A stretch of 248,000 bases of DNA from Wallemia ichthyophaga EXF-994 (lineage: Eukaryota > Fungi > Basidiomycota). Both the position numbers and the translations under genes were made by a program. Below are positions 1-12,350 of the stretch, one piece after another (within the stretch, counting starts at the first letter, position 1; each line of letters begins with the position of its first letter). Below the pieces are notes generated by a model, which was not told where the DNA came from, did no database searches, and saw only the letters and a list, made by a program, of their open reading frames with translations. The stretch covers positions 20,001 to 268,000 of the forward strand of contig NW_008806276.1 of assembly GCF_000400465.1 (NCBI RefSeq), in the 5' to 3' direction.

Positions 1-879
1 TTCATCTTTTATATTTTGTGTGATTCAGCGAAATAAAATTCGATATCACCAGAAAAAAATATGCTGCATCGATTAAAGCAAGAACGCCATGAATCGCACC
101 TAAAACCTTATTGTAAGAGACGATGTTATAGAAAATGGATTCATTACAGTCATCGGTACTGAGACATGAAGGCGGTCAATTGCTAGTGCTTAGGGACTTA
201 AATTATTTACATCTTTAGCTGAGGTTATAAAGTATGCTTGTGGTTTTGTTGGTGGATGTAATGATAAGTGAGATTGCACATACGTTAAAGGTATCTGCGA
301 TGCTGCTTGTGAGTAGTGTCAAAAAGCCGCGAGAGCATGCCGTAGATTACTAAAAATTGTTCTGGTATTCAGACTAGATTTCTTCAGATTTACTATATGA
401 GAGCGCGTACACTAAATTACATTGGCCGCGTATGGTGAGTGAAATCCTGAAAATGTTTGTGCAGAATACATCTTATGCGTCGCAAAAGCACCTCAAATGT
501 TTTATATGCTATGAGGTTTTGATATGCACATGTCTTCGCATAAATTTATTACACGGCGATTAGTCAGAGTGTCCCAATCGTTTGTTTAGTTTATCGAGTG
601 TACATCTAACCTTGACTGGTTATCAATCAGATATAATATTAAACATGCCCTTAATAACCTGTGTGCGTATGACCTAGTGGTCAAGCGGCCCAACTCATTT
701 CACGGGCCTATTTGAGACATCCAAATTTTCCCTTGAACAACAAGTAATCAGCTAGCAGAAATCCTCGATCATGTTGAATGAATCAACTAGAGTCATAACT
801 AGCTCAGTGTAAGGTATACGCAATCTACAAATGACATAAAAAAAAAGTATTAGTAACGGCATGTTTGTCAAGCGTTTGG

Positions 880-1850
880 CGATGCAGAAAACCGCCTCAG
901 TAAGCTCGGGCTGAGTATTGGCAAATTAAACAACGAATATTTTGAAAAATACTTCAGCAAATCTTCAGACAGTTACACACGATCACTCTCGAACAAAGTA
1001 CAGGCCAAGGAAGAGAAAGTCGATAGAGGCTTTGAAAAGACAAAGCAGCTTCTATTTAGCTAGTATGGTACCTCAAAAAATACTGATAGTCTAAAGGTCG
1101 TAATGTACAACAGCGTTACCGATAAATCCGACCAAACAGCCCTATCTTCAGTGGCTATCGACAAGCCCCAAATGTGGTTCTTGAGAAAAAGCGAAATGAG
1201 CTTCTCAAAGCTGCGTTTAGTTTGATTAATTTCGAGGGCGCATCTGAATACGTCGTCGACATATACATAAGAGCGTGGGCAAGGTATCTTTCAAAACAGG
1301 GTATAGGTGGCGTTTATGCACCTGTTTGTCGAGTCAAGGCTCTCTCAAAAGACTAACGGCCATAAAAATAAAGAGAATATTATGTTACGACAGGGTGATC
1401 GCGCATTTGTACAAAGTGTGTCTAAGATTTGCCAACATAGCTTAGATGGTTAAATAACCCCGTGTGTGTCTGCTCAACAAGCTGGCTATATCAAGGTGAG
1501 TAAGTAGTAAGACTCGAGCGATCGAAAAATGTAAATCACCTGTATAGAGCCGAATAAATGAGAATTCGGGTGCTTGAAGCGTCTATCGCTTAGTAACGTT
1601 GGTTTTTGTCGACAGACTAAGCCAAGTCTTCCGTATCTATCCTATAGAGTGCTCCAGGCTGATGTCGGATTGCATTCTCCAAAAAGCGTGTAGAGCGCAG
1701 TTGGAGCCTCAGAAATATAATTCTGGCGAAATGTTGTAGAGCTTATTCAGGGCTGTTTTCCCAAACTTTTTTATTTGGAGATGATCAAACCTCGTAAATC
1801 AGCCATAGTATGTCCATTGGTATGTTGATATGCGCGGTTAATAAGATCTT
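880..1850 (+). pseudogene. Degenerate gene-family relic, homologous to the relic at about 72.1-72.5 kb
   Basis: By-eye alignment of two blocks (about 1000-1060 and 1700-1800) to the reverse complement of 72100-72400, e.g. gagcctcagaaatataattctggcgaaa vs gagcctcagggatataaatctggcgaaa; stops in all frames. Confidence 0.35.
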
Positions 1851-2080
1851 AAGTACGCGTCAAGCGACTTGAGATATAATGAGTGCTAGGACTATGCAAC
1901 AGACAATACATCAGCGTCTACAATCACATCACAGACGCGGCTTAGTAGCGCTCTTTGTGATTACAGCAGCGGCAACTTTTAAGAAGCGGGATTGAAATAA
2001 CATCAAACAAGCAAATCCCAATTATTTAATTAAACGCTCATTCCTAATCTCATTTCTCGTCTCCTCTATCACAAACTGCC

Positions 2081-4659
2081 ATGGCGATTACAGTGACGCC
2101 TCTTGCAGGCTCTGGGAGGGCGACGAGCGGGGAAATGAAAACCAGCGAGCCGCTTTGCTACCTGATGGAGATGGATGGCGCGCGGATATTGCTTGACTGT
2201 GGGAGCAGAGATTGGGAGGCTAATGCGAACCCGGAATTTGGATACGAGCGGGCGTTGAAGGAGTGAGTGGGGATTGCACGCATTCTAAAGGCTAACAGAC
2301 CGCCCCCAGTATCGCCCCGACTGTCGACCTGGTGCTGATATCGCACGCCTCCACCAAACACAGCGGTCTGTACGCCTACGCATACACGCACTACGGGCTC
2401 ACCTGCCCAGCGTACTGCTCTCTGCCCGTCAAGGAGCTCGCCCGGCTGACGACGCTCGAGGATATCATCGGTTGGCGCAGCGAGAGGGAAATTACCGGGG
2501 AGAAGGCAAGCGAGTCTCCAGACGCAACAGACCAATCGCATTCGCCCCTCTTCGTTCCTACCAGAGAAGAAAACCGCTCAGCGTGGTCGGCAGTCAAGGA
2601 TGTGCGCTATCATCAACCACAGCATCTTTACGGCAAGCTACGCGGTGTGACGATAACGGCGTACTCCTCCGGCCACACGTTGGGAGGCACGCTCTGGAAG
2701 ATCCGCGCGCCCTCCGTCGGCACCATACTCTATGCAGTCGGGCTCAACCACATGAAAGAGCGCCATCTTGACGGCACAGCGCTGATACGCGGTGACCAGG
2801 GGGGTCTGAGCGTGCACGAGCAGCTAGTGCGGCCTGGACTCGTCATTACCGACAGCGAGCGCGGTGACTGCGTCAATGCCAAACGCAAGGACAGGGATGC
2901 AGCGCTGCTCGACTTGATCAACCGCACTCTCCAGAACAGCAACTCCGTCCTACTTCCATGTGACCCCACCACGCGTATCCTTGAGCTACTCGTCCTCCTC
3001 GACCAGCACTGGTCGTATATCCGCGACAAGCAGCCATCCTTCCGCGTCCCACTCTGTCTCATCAGCAACACGGGCAACGACATGCTCAAGTTCGTCCGCG
3101 GTCTGATGGAGTTCTTCGGCGGGGCTACTGCTGCTGGCGACAACACCCTGCGGCAGGGCAGGGGAGTATTAGAATTCAAAACACTCAATATATTCACCTC
3201 AGTTGACGCTCTCGAGGCGACCCACCCGAACACCCCGAAAGTCGTCCTTGCGGTGCCGCTTTCCATGTCTTATGGCAGTTCGCGTAGGCTGTTCAGCTCT
3301 TTTGCAAGCACGCCGGGCAACGCGGTAGTACTGACCAGTCGCGGGATGGCAGGGTCGCTTGCGCGCGACATATTCGACCGCTGGAATAGCCGCCAGGGCG
3401 ATTCGCAGTGGGGCAGCGGGAGGCTGGGCGCGATGGTACATGGTGATTGGCGGGTTAACATTACACAGCACTCGAAAATTCCTCTGCTGGGCCAGGAGCT
3501 GGAGGCGCACCAGGCGAACGAGCGTCTCGCGCGCGAGCAAGAGGCAGCCAAACAGGCTGCAGATTCGCGACGCCGCAGGATGATGGAAGCGGATGCCCAG
3601 GAGGCGGACGAGGAGGAGGAGGAGGACGATGAGGACGACGATAAGGACTCAGACAAGGAGGATCAGAAGGAGGAGGAGGTGCAGCAGGTCAGCTTCGATA
3701 TCTTCCTCAAGGGTCACTCGACCCGCGGTGCAACCTCCTTCTTCAAGACCGCGCAGGGTTCCGCACCGCGCTTCAGGATGTTCCCTTTTAACGATACGAA
3801 AAGAAAAATGGATAGCTACGGTGAGGTGATTGATGCTGATAGTTGGGTGAGCCGGGGTAAGGAGATGGAGCGCCAGGCTATCGAAAGGGATCAGGAGCAC
3901 GAAGCTAAACGGAGGAAGATGGAGGAGGAGGCAGACGCGACTCCCATAGAGCCACCCTCAAAATACATAAGCGAGCAAGTGGAAGTAGATGTGCGATGTC
4001 AGATCATGTACGTCGATCTTGAAGGTCTTAACGACAGCAGGGCGATCAAGAATATAATGCCCCGTCTCAACCCGCGCAAGATGATTCTCGTAGGGGGTTC
4101 TCACTCTTCATCCCACTCGCTTATCGGTGCATTCGATGCCATATCGGCCATGACCAAGGATATATACGTGCCTGCTATGGGCGAAACGGTAACGATTGGC
4201 GAGCACACGCACAGTTACACGTTCACTCTCGGGGACAGCCTCGTTAATAGCGTGCATATGGCTCCATTCGAAGATTTTGTCGTAGGTCACGCCATCGGCA
4301 CGATGAAATACCATGAAGAGGCCCTCGTGCCGACTTTCGAAGAAGCAGATGCGCGTGCTGCACAGGACAACTCACGCGCATTGCCCACATCTCTCTTTAT
4401 CGGCGACATGAAATTGACAGCTCTCAAAGCCAAGCTGGTGGGGCTGGGAATGAGTGCTGAGTTTGGTGGAGAGGGTGTGCTGATATGCTGGAATGACAAG
4501 GATGGTGCTGAGGATAATGCAGACGGTGCAGTGGCCGTGTCGAAGAATACCAACGGTGAACTCAACATTACGTCTAGTTTGATAGGTGATGGTGACATAT
4601 ACTACACGGTACGCGAGGCTGTGTACGGGATGCATGCTGTGATACCGACGCCAGCATAA
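2081..4659 (+). CDS. CFT2: Cleavage and polyadenylation specificity factor subunit 2 (CPSF100), 2 exons
   Basis: Inactive metallo-beta-lactamase/beta-CASP fold (LLDCG, ISHAST, SSGHTLGGTLWKI), CPSF100 C-terminus; intron about 2263-2309. Confidence 0.92.
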
Positions 4660-4746
4660 CACGAGAAGAAAAAGAAAAAGAGTATTGTAGATTATTTAAG
4701 GGTATTTCAAAAGTGTATTTCAAATACCACCACATCACACTCCATA

Positions 4747-5658
4747 TGGAAGGAAAACTGCAACAATACCCTAATCCAAACAAGTCGCCAAATCTAGGAC
4801 CGCTTCCTATGTTCTTGAGCGGCGACAAGGCGTCTGCACAAGTGGTGGTGTTTGTAGCGGGGCTGACGAACACGCTACTGAGTGTGCCATACGTCGCGCC
4901 ACTGAGCGAAGCACTGGAGAGAGAAGGCTGGGGGCTGTGCCAGCTGTTAACCAGCTCTTCAGGCTACGGCTTTGCGCATGGTTCACTAGACCGGGATGTG
5001 CGAGAGATATCGAGTGCGCTGGGCGAGCTGCGCAAGCTTGGGTGGGTGTGGATTGTATTAAGAGGGGTGCATAGCAGCTCACGCTCGCCACAGCAAGCAA
5101 AAGATAGTGCTTATGGGCCACAGCACAGGCTCACAGGATGTGGTGCACTACCTTACCGCCGACGGACAGCGTGAGCGTGTAGACGGCTGTATTGCTCAGG
5201 CTCCCGTCAGCGATAGAGAGGGGATTGACGATGGTATAAGGTCGCATATCCCCCTCGCTCTGCAGATGATGAAAGAGGGGAGGGCTGATGAGGCTATGCC
5301 GCGCGATAGCTGCAGCTGGTTCGCTACACCTATCACAGCTTATCGCTTCCACTCCCTCTTTGCAGAAGGTGGCCAAGATGATTACTTCACTAGCACTCTC
5401 CCGGATGATGCGTTTGAGCGCGTGTTCAGTAGACTGAAAGCACCATTGGCTCTCATTTTCAGCGGCGCTGATCAGTTTGTGCCCGCTAGCGTGGATAAGG
5501 AAGCGCTCGCGAGGCGTATGCAGAGTTGTGGCGGCGAGAAAATCAGAGTAAGCACAGTCGTACCAGATGCCAAGCATGACTATCAGGGGGGCATGGATGG
5601 CAGCAGGCCGACACTAAAACTAATTGAGGTGGTTTTGGAGTTTTTAAAGGGCTGTTAA
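4747..5658 (+). CDS. Alpha/beta hydrolase, DUF1749/UPF0613 family
   Basis: VVFVAGLTN, GHSTGSQD nucleophile motif, IAQAPVSDRE; one intron. Confidence 0.8.
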
Positions 5659-5694
5659 CATATAGAATGCATGTTAGTTTTCTACAAAACACTT

Positions 5695-6519
5695 CTACTC
5701 TTGTTTTACACCACCCTGATTACCCCTCCCACTCCACCACACAGCCCACGCAGCTTGGATGGCAGCTAACGGCGGACAAAGCCACTGGAGAAGATACCAA
5801 TAGCGCGTCCTGGCGCACCACTCACTCACCACGCCATCCACCTCTCTATACGTCTCCTCCCTGCTGCTATCGTTGTGCACCACCTGATCAGCCATATCGA
5901 CCTTGACGTCGATGGGGAGCTGTGCGGCTATCTTCTTCTGTGCATCGTGCTCGCTGATGCCATCTCTCTGCATGAGTCTGTGCAGCTGAACATCTTGAGA
6001 AGAATAAACCAGTGTCCTCACCCCCACGTAACGATGCAGATTGGCTTCAAAGAGGAGGGGCACATCGAGCACGACGACACGCGACAGACTCGCATAAGCC
6101 TTGAGCACCTGATGAGCTGAGCGGTAAGCAGTGCACTCGTTTCACAGCGCTCACCCACCTCCCACGCTGTCCGCTTGAGTATTTCCGGGTGGAGAACACT
6201 CTCTATCCACTTCTTCTCGGCCTTGTCGTCGAAAAGGATACGCGCGAGTGCTGGGCGGTTAAGAGTGTGTTGATTGGATGGCTCATCCCATTTCAACACT
6301 CTGTCGCCGTAGCGGTCGGCTATGCTGCGCAGAGCTGGGGTGTTTGGCTCAACGACCTGCCTGGCAACGCTATCTAAATCAATCACTCGCAGCTTGTGCT
6401 CCTCTCTTAGTCGCTGCGTCACTGTCGATTTACCCGTGCTGTGTGGACTGTTGAGTCGTTGTTATAAACTGCGCACTCCAGACACACGCTATTCCGCCAG
6501 TTAATCCAACGACTAGCAT
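5695..6519 (-). CDS. CAB5: Dephospho-CoA kinase
   Basis: MLVVGLTGGIA start, LNRPALARILF, VVLDVPLLFE motifs across introns. Confidence 0.85.
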
Positions 6520-6795
6520 CAACATAGTCAGCTGTGTCTGATGCTATGATGCTATCCCATTCACCCACCCAGCATCCTGATTGTACAAAGTCAAGAAATC
6601 TCAAACCAACGAGTCACACGATTCAAACTACATCTAATTCTCGTTTGTACTTTATCAATCGGTCAATGTGTAAAAAGAAAGCTCGGTGAAAAATTAGGGG
6701 AAAAAGTGGAAAGTGAAAAAGTCAAAGTGAAGAAATCCATTTGGTATATCTTGTATTACTCTAGCAACTATCCAAGTTGCTGTTTTTATTGGTGT

Positions 6796-7928
6796 TTACT
6801 GTGCCATCTGTGCATTTATCAATGACGATTTCCTCTTATCCACGTCCTCCTGCACTCCGTACAAAGACAATCTCTTATTAAATTGAGACAGCGAATCAGC
6901 AAAATCGTCAGCATGGCTCGTCAGCCCGAGCACCTCCTTAGGACACACCCCTTCCATGCCCTTAGCCAAGTGGTGGATGGAGCACCAACCATCATCCCAC
7001 TCCCTGACAATATGCACCTTATCGCCTGGTATGAGCATAATCTCATCTGGCAGACTAGGAACGAACTGCGTAGTAGCGGTAGCTTCTCGTCCTTGCGTGA
7101 TTGAAATCTGTGAGTTAGTTAGTTGGTTGGTGATGCTTTTCGAACAACTCTGCCACCCACCGGCATTGGTATGTAGGCAGATGAACGCTCTACCGTATTG
7201 TCTAAAGGCGTTGGCGAAGTTATCTCCTCTGGTATGACGGGTCCACCGCCGAAACTTGCATTTGATTGTCCAACAAGGCCGCGATCGCCAGTGAATTGCA
7301 TCCTAGAACCCCTCTGCAGAGTCTTCTCCTGCCTCTTGCGCTTCTTGAAGATTACCAGGCTGATTAACACGAGGATGGCTATGAATGCGGCTATTCCAAC
7401 GCATATACCCGCTATGCTGCCGCCAGAGAGGCTATCAGAGGAGTCTTCGATGTTAGCTGTGTTGTCGGGGGTGGAAAGTGATGTGTTTTCTGGTGAAATC
7501 GTTTCTGAGGGGGTTGTATTTGATGGGGATGTGTTCGATGATGATTTGTTTGATGGTGATACGCTCGGTGAAGTTTCTGGAGAATTTTGATTGCTTTCTG
7601 TGGTATTATCCTCTTGTTCGGTTGAATTTGCGTTTGCGACTGGATTTTGCGTATCTTGAGTATCTTGAGTATCTTGAGTATCTTGTGTGTTTGGTGTATC
7701 TTGTGTATCTGGCGTATCTTGTATGTTCAGTGTATCTGGTGTATCTGGTGTACCTTGTACATCTTGGGCACCCTGCGCACCTTGCGTTACTTGGGCAACA
7801 GGAGGAGGACTGTCTGCAGTAGGTGAAGCAGTGGGAAGAATATTCGCAGGAATTCCACGCCTAATCATCCTCGACGCCTTCCTCTCCCGCCCGTGGTTAT
7901 GGTAATGATTGTGAATTGAACTCTGCAT
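6796..7928 (-). CDS. Single-pass membrane protein with S/T/D/Q-rich ectodomain and C-terminal SH3 domain (Fus1-like architecture)
   Basis: TM helix SIAGICVGIAAFIAILVLISLVIFKKRKR; SH3 motif PGDKVHIVREWDDGWC...EGVCP. Confidence 0.7.
7630..7790 (-). repeat. 9-bp coding tandem repeat (DTQ/DTP)n
   Basis: gtatcttga/gtatctggt repeats encode DTPDTQDTPNTQDTQDTQ. Confidence 0.85.
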
Positions 7929-8115
7929 AAACGAGCGTATATTGTAATGTAACTATTTAATTGAATATCGTCCCGCGTTATTCAATCCTTTTTCTTTTTT
8001 TTTTCGTTTTCCCCGTTGGTTGCTCTCCTCAAACCACCTCGCCGCGTGCGAGCCTCAGTTTCACTTTAACGTCAGTGCATTCCTCGCTGAAAAGTATTTT
8101 ATTTATTTAATCTGT

Positions 8116-11100
8116 TTACATATTTACTGCTACGTATTTATTGCGTGCTGCTTTCTTCCCTTTTCGTTGTATTGGTTGTGTTGGTTGTGGTGCATTTGGT
8201 GTAGGTGGTGTTCCAGCAGGTGTTCCAGCGGGTGTTCCAGTAATTGCCGTACTTAGTGGTCGTGGTGGTGGCGGCGGCATTACACCCGCTCCACTCCCAC
8301 TCCCACTCTCTCCCTTAAGATCCATACTCACGCTGTTTTTCAGCGCACTCGCTCCCCGCGTCCCAGCCAATCCCGGCGACACAGTGCTAGAGCGTGGAGG
8401 TGGCGGTGGCATCCTAGGCGACGCAGCAGTCCCACCTTCACTCCCACTCTCATTCGCCTTATTCACCCAGCGCTTCTGATCAGGATCGTAGTAAAACGAA
8501 GACTGCTCACCCAGCTTTGCCTTTACTGGCCCTCCTCCTTGGTTTGTATTCTGCTCATCCTTCTTCCACCACCTGCTCAGCCAACTCGATGAAACTGATT
8601 GTTTGAGTTCTGTTGGGTTCGTTAGTATGGTGTGCTGGTCAATAACTCTCTTTACACACCTGGTCGCTTCTCCTGCCTTCCCTTGCTCTCTTTATTTTCT
8701 CCCTCTTTCTCCATCTTCTCATCCATCCGAGGCGTGCTGGCGGGAGTCGTCGAGCGCGAAAACCACCCCGACTTCTCTTGTTTACCGGGTGCAGGTGCAG
8801 GTGGTGGTGGCGGTGGAGGTTGATATGTTGCCGCAGTTTTCTCTTCTTCTCCATGATGCCCCTCATTATCCTTCTCTCTCATCTCTTTCGCTTTCTTGGT
8901 CGAACTGTTGCCGAAACCGAGGTCATCTTCCAATTCATCCGCCTCGTCTATTTCATCAATTACGCGAGGACTGATGTACGCATTTGCATTTGAATTCTCT
9001 GTCGTCGTTGTCGGGATTGGAACATCCATCGAATCCATAAGCGAGACGAAATTTCCTCCCTCACTTTCATCCAGTTCTTCAGGCGCATTAAAGTCTTCAC
9101 TCGCACTTGTCGAATGACCGAATGGCGATGTTATAGCTGGTTGAGCAGGTGGTGGTGGGGGTTGAGAGTGTGATGAAGGGGGCTGGGGGTGAGGCTTTAG
9201 CTGCGACTGTGATTGTGATTGTGACTGTTGCTGCGCTGGTGAAACATTCCGCACTGGTTGAGCAAGTGGTGGTGGTGGTGGTGGTTGCATTTGCGCAGGA
9301 GGCGGAGGTGGGGGTGGTTGCATCTGTTGAGTGGCAGGATGTGGTTGCATTGACGTTTGCAGCGGCATTTGCACATTCTGCAAATCTTTACCAAGCATCT
9401 CTCCATCTTGTGCCACCCCAACCCCATTAAATTCATCGCTAAAGGGCGGCGTTACAGCTGCACGAGTAAAGCCCTCTCTATCTTCACCCTCCATTGGTGA
9501 AGGAAGGTCGCGCAGGAGGTTGTGCATGTTACCTAGCCCGTTGGCGATGGTATTGGCATTGGCAGTGGCCACACCACCTAATCCACCCATTGCACTCGCA
9601 GCTCGAGGTTGTCCAAGCGCACTGCGTGCACCGGCTGCACCGCTAGCAATGCCAGGAGTGAGGTATGACGGGCTGTGTGAGGCGCGTCTATCGAGCAAGC
9701 TCATACCCTCACTCATACCCGCACCCGCGTTTTCACCAGCAGCATTACTATAATTGGGTAAATCAAAAGCCGAGACTGCGCGACTGAGTCGACCGTTCGT
9801 CGAAGACTCGTCTATGCTGGTAAACGTAGCGAAGGGGTCATCCTGGGTAGTTTTCTGTGCGTGCGTTGTTATAGCATTCTCGCCCTCTTCGTCATTCCCA
9901 GCTATAAATTTGGTCAGCTTCCCCTCCATGCTATTCCACAATGTGTCTAGAGAAGGACGAGCTATTTTCTTTGTTAGCCACGATTTGTCCGCTGTGTGCA
10001 GATGCGCTGCTAGTCTGTCGCTCAGTTCCTTTAGCTGGATATAAATGTTGGGGTGGTATTGGAGTTGCTTGGACATTTTGATAGATGTTGCTATTGCTTC
10101 ACAGTACCTGCGATTAGTAGTAGTCAGCTGGTGCATCTCGCCTTTAGCTACATCATGTATCACCTACCTATTCGCATCATGAAGTCGACCAGCTTCGGCG
10201 AGATGCCAAGCATGTACGAGTTTGTAAATCTGCAAGTGTGGCATACCGCTGTACTCGCCGCGCTTCACATGCGCCTTCATATGCGGATTGAGGCTGAGAG
10301 CGTACTCGAGAATCTCGCTCATTTCGCACGACTCGTCTGAGTAAGCGTTATGTGCGCACCCCACCAAATTGAGACGCACTTTGTCCACACTCTGCGCAAG
10401 TATGTAGACCGTGTGCGCGCCATCCACTTCACCCACCTCCGCAAGCCTGTCACCTAGCTCGGACAGCGCGTGTTGTGCATCGCTATTGTCTAGATTGGAG
10501 ACGAGCGTCGCGGCCGTCGCGCTCCAGTTGCGCGTGTCACTCGGTGTGTTTGTGCTCCTGAGCGTACCTGCAAAGAGACCGTATGCAACGCGCAAGCTGT
10601 CCCAGTTTTTGGTGTTGTGGGTGCTGCCTGTGTTATCGTTGCCACTGCCACTGCTGCTTGGCAACTCATACGCTATCAACGCACTCACAACCTCCGACCA
10701 CAGCTGTCTGTCGACGCATGAAGAAATGAGCAGAGCATGCGACCATAGCTTGTGCTCGAGTGCATACATGACCGCTTCGCGCTTGGCCCCCTTCACGAGG
10801 AATTGTTGGATTGCACCGAGATGGCCCGTCGTCGTGCAGTACGTCGCTACAATGTCCGCACTGTCTTCAACAGCATAGGGGGTCTGCGATGACGGGAAAG
10901 GCTTCATGTGTGGGGACGTCTCGTCGGCAGGCACAGTGATTTGGAGACCAGATGGAGCGCGTTTGTGGGAGTGCGCGTTAATGTCGTCCGAGATGAGTGC
11001 ATCACGTATTTCTTCACTTTGGCGGGAGCTCAAAATACCATCATGGATGAGCATTACCCTAAGCACCTTCAGCAGAGCCATTTTCGGATACGTTGCTCCA

Positions 11101-12308
11101 GTGCTTATCTTGTTATCGAGGTATCGCAGAACTTGGGACTTGGTGGTATGGGAATTGCCCAAGAGTGGGCCTGGGAATGGTGGTGAGAGGTCTGGGGGTA
11201 GTACGCTGGCCAATTCGGCAATGTTGACAGTAGACGGAGTTGGCTGAGACATGCCCAATGTTGAGGGAGTGAAGGGTGATGCTATGGGAGTTGAGGGGTT
11301 GTGGATAACCAGTTTGCCACCAAAACCGAAAGAGACTATTGGGGCGTTTGAGAAGGTGTCTTGGGTGGGGTGGGGTGTTTGACAGTTAGATCGTGGCTCA
11401 TACTGTTGTTGATTGGTCGCAAGACTTGGATCATACTGCTGTTGAACAGGTACGGCTGCTGGTGAAAGAGCAGGAGCAGGAGTAGTGTAAGCAGAGTGTT
11501 GTTCAGAATACAAATCAGACTGTTGCTCAGAGCCCCGCTCGGCAATCTGCCCAGAAAATTGCTCATAAAGTTGCTCGGGCTGTTGAGTGATTGCTGGTGG
11601 GGAGTAGATGGACTGAGGGTGCACAGGTGGGGCAGTTGGAGCTGCTGGTGGTGGTGGAGAGTATCCTGATTGTTTTGGCGGTGGCTGCGTAGGCGTGGAA
11701 TAGAGTGATTGTACTGGGGGTTGTTGAGTGGCTTGCTGAGTGGCATGTTGAGTGGTTTGAGTGGCTTGTTGAGCAGGTGGAACGTATACTGATTGCTCTG
11801 AGTATAATGGCTGCTCTGAGTACGCTGGTTGCTCTGGATAAGCTGGTTGCTGTTGAGCCGTAAGATAATGCTCCTGCGTTGGCTGTTGATAGAGATAAGA
11901 TGGCGTATACTGTGGTTGCTGTTGCTGCTGTTGCTGCTGATACTCCTCCTGCTGCCATGGATCATCTACACCAACGAGCTGCTCAAAAGGCTCCTGAGTT
12001 TGTTCAAGGTCATTATCCCCATTATTCCCTTGAAAATAAGCAGAATCGGCTAGAAATTGGTCATGGTGGGTAGAATTAAAGGGTATGTCATCGTGAAGAG
12101 GTGCATCTCCACGCATCTCTGGTTCATCTTTATGCATCTCTAATCCGTCTTCGCGTATCTCTTTATCAAAATGAAAATCGAAATCATCTGGATACCAGTA
12201 AACCCAATTGCCTGCGTCATCAAAGTAGCCGTAGCCGTAGTCCTTTAGATAAAGTACACCATCTGGAATAAAGAAATTAGCAGATTTAGGAGAAGCGGGG
12301 ATGTTCAT
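8116..12308 (-). CDS. SEC16: COPII coat assembly protein Sec16, multi-exon
   Basis: Central conserved domain [29 protein letters not shown]; Q/P-rich flanks; GWFSR C-terminal motif. Confidence 0.82.
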
Positions 12309-12350
12309 CGATGATGGTGGTTTGGGATCAACCCTTAAGACGCTACTTCC

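Noticed and set aside
2158-4662. Numerous overlapping antisense or alternative-frame ORFs over housekeeping genes (here and throughout)
   Set aside because: Expected in moderately GC-rich coding DNA with alternative start codons allowed; no motifs or splice support.
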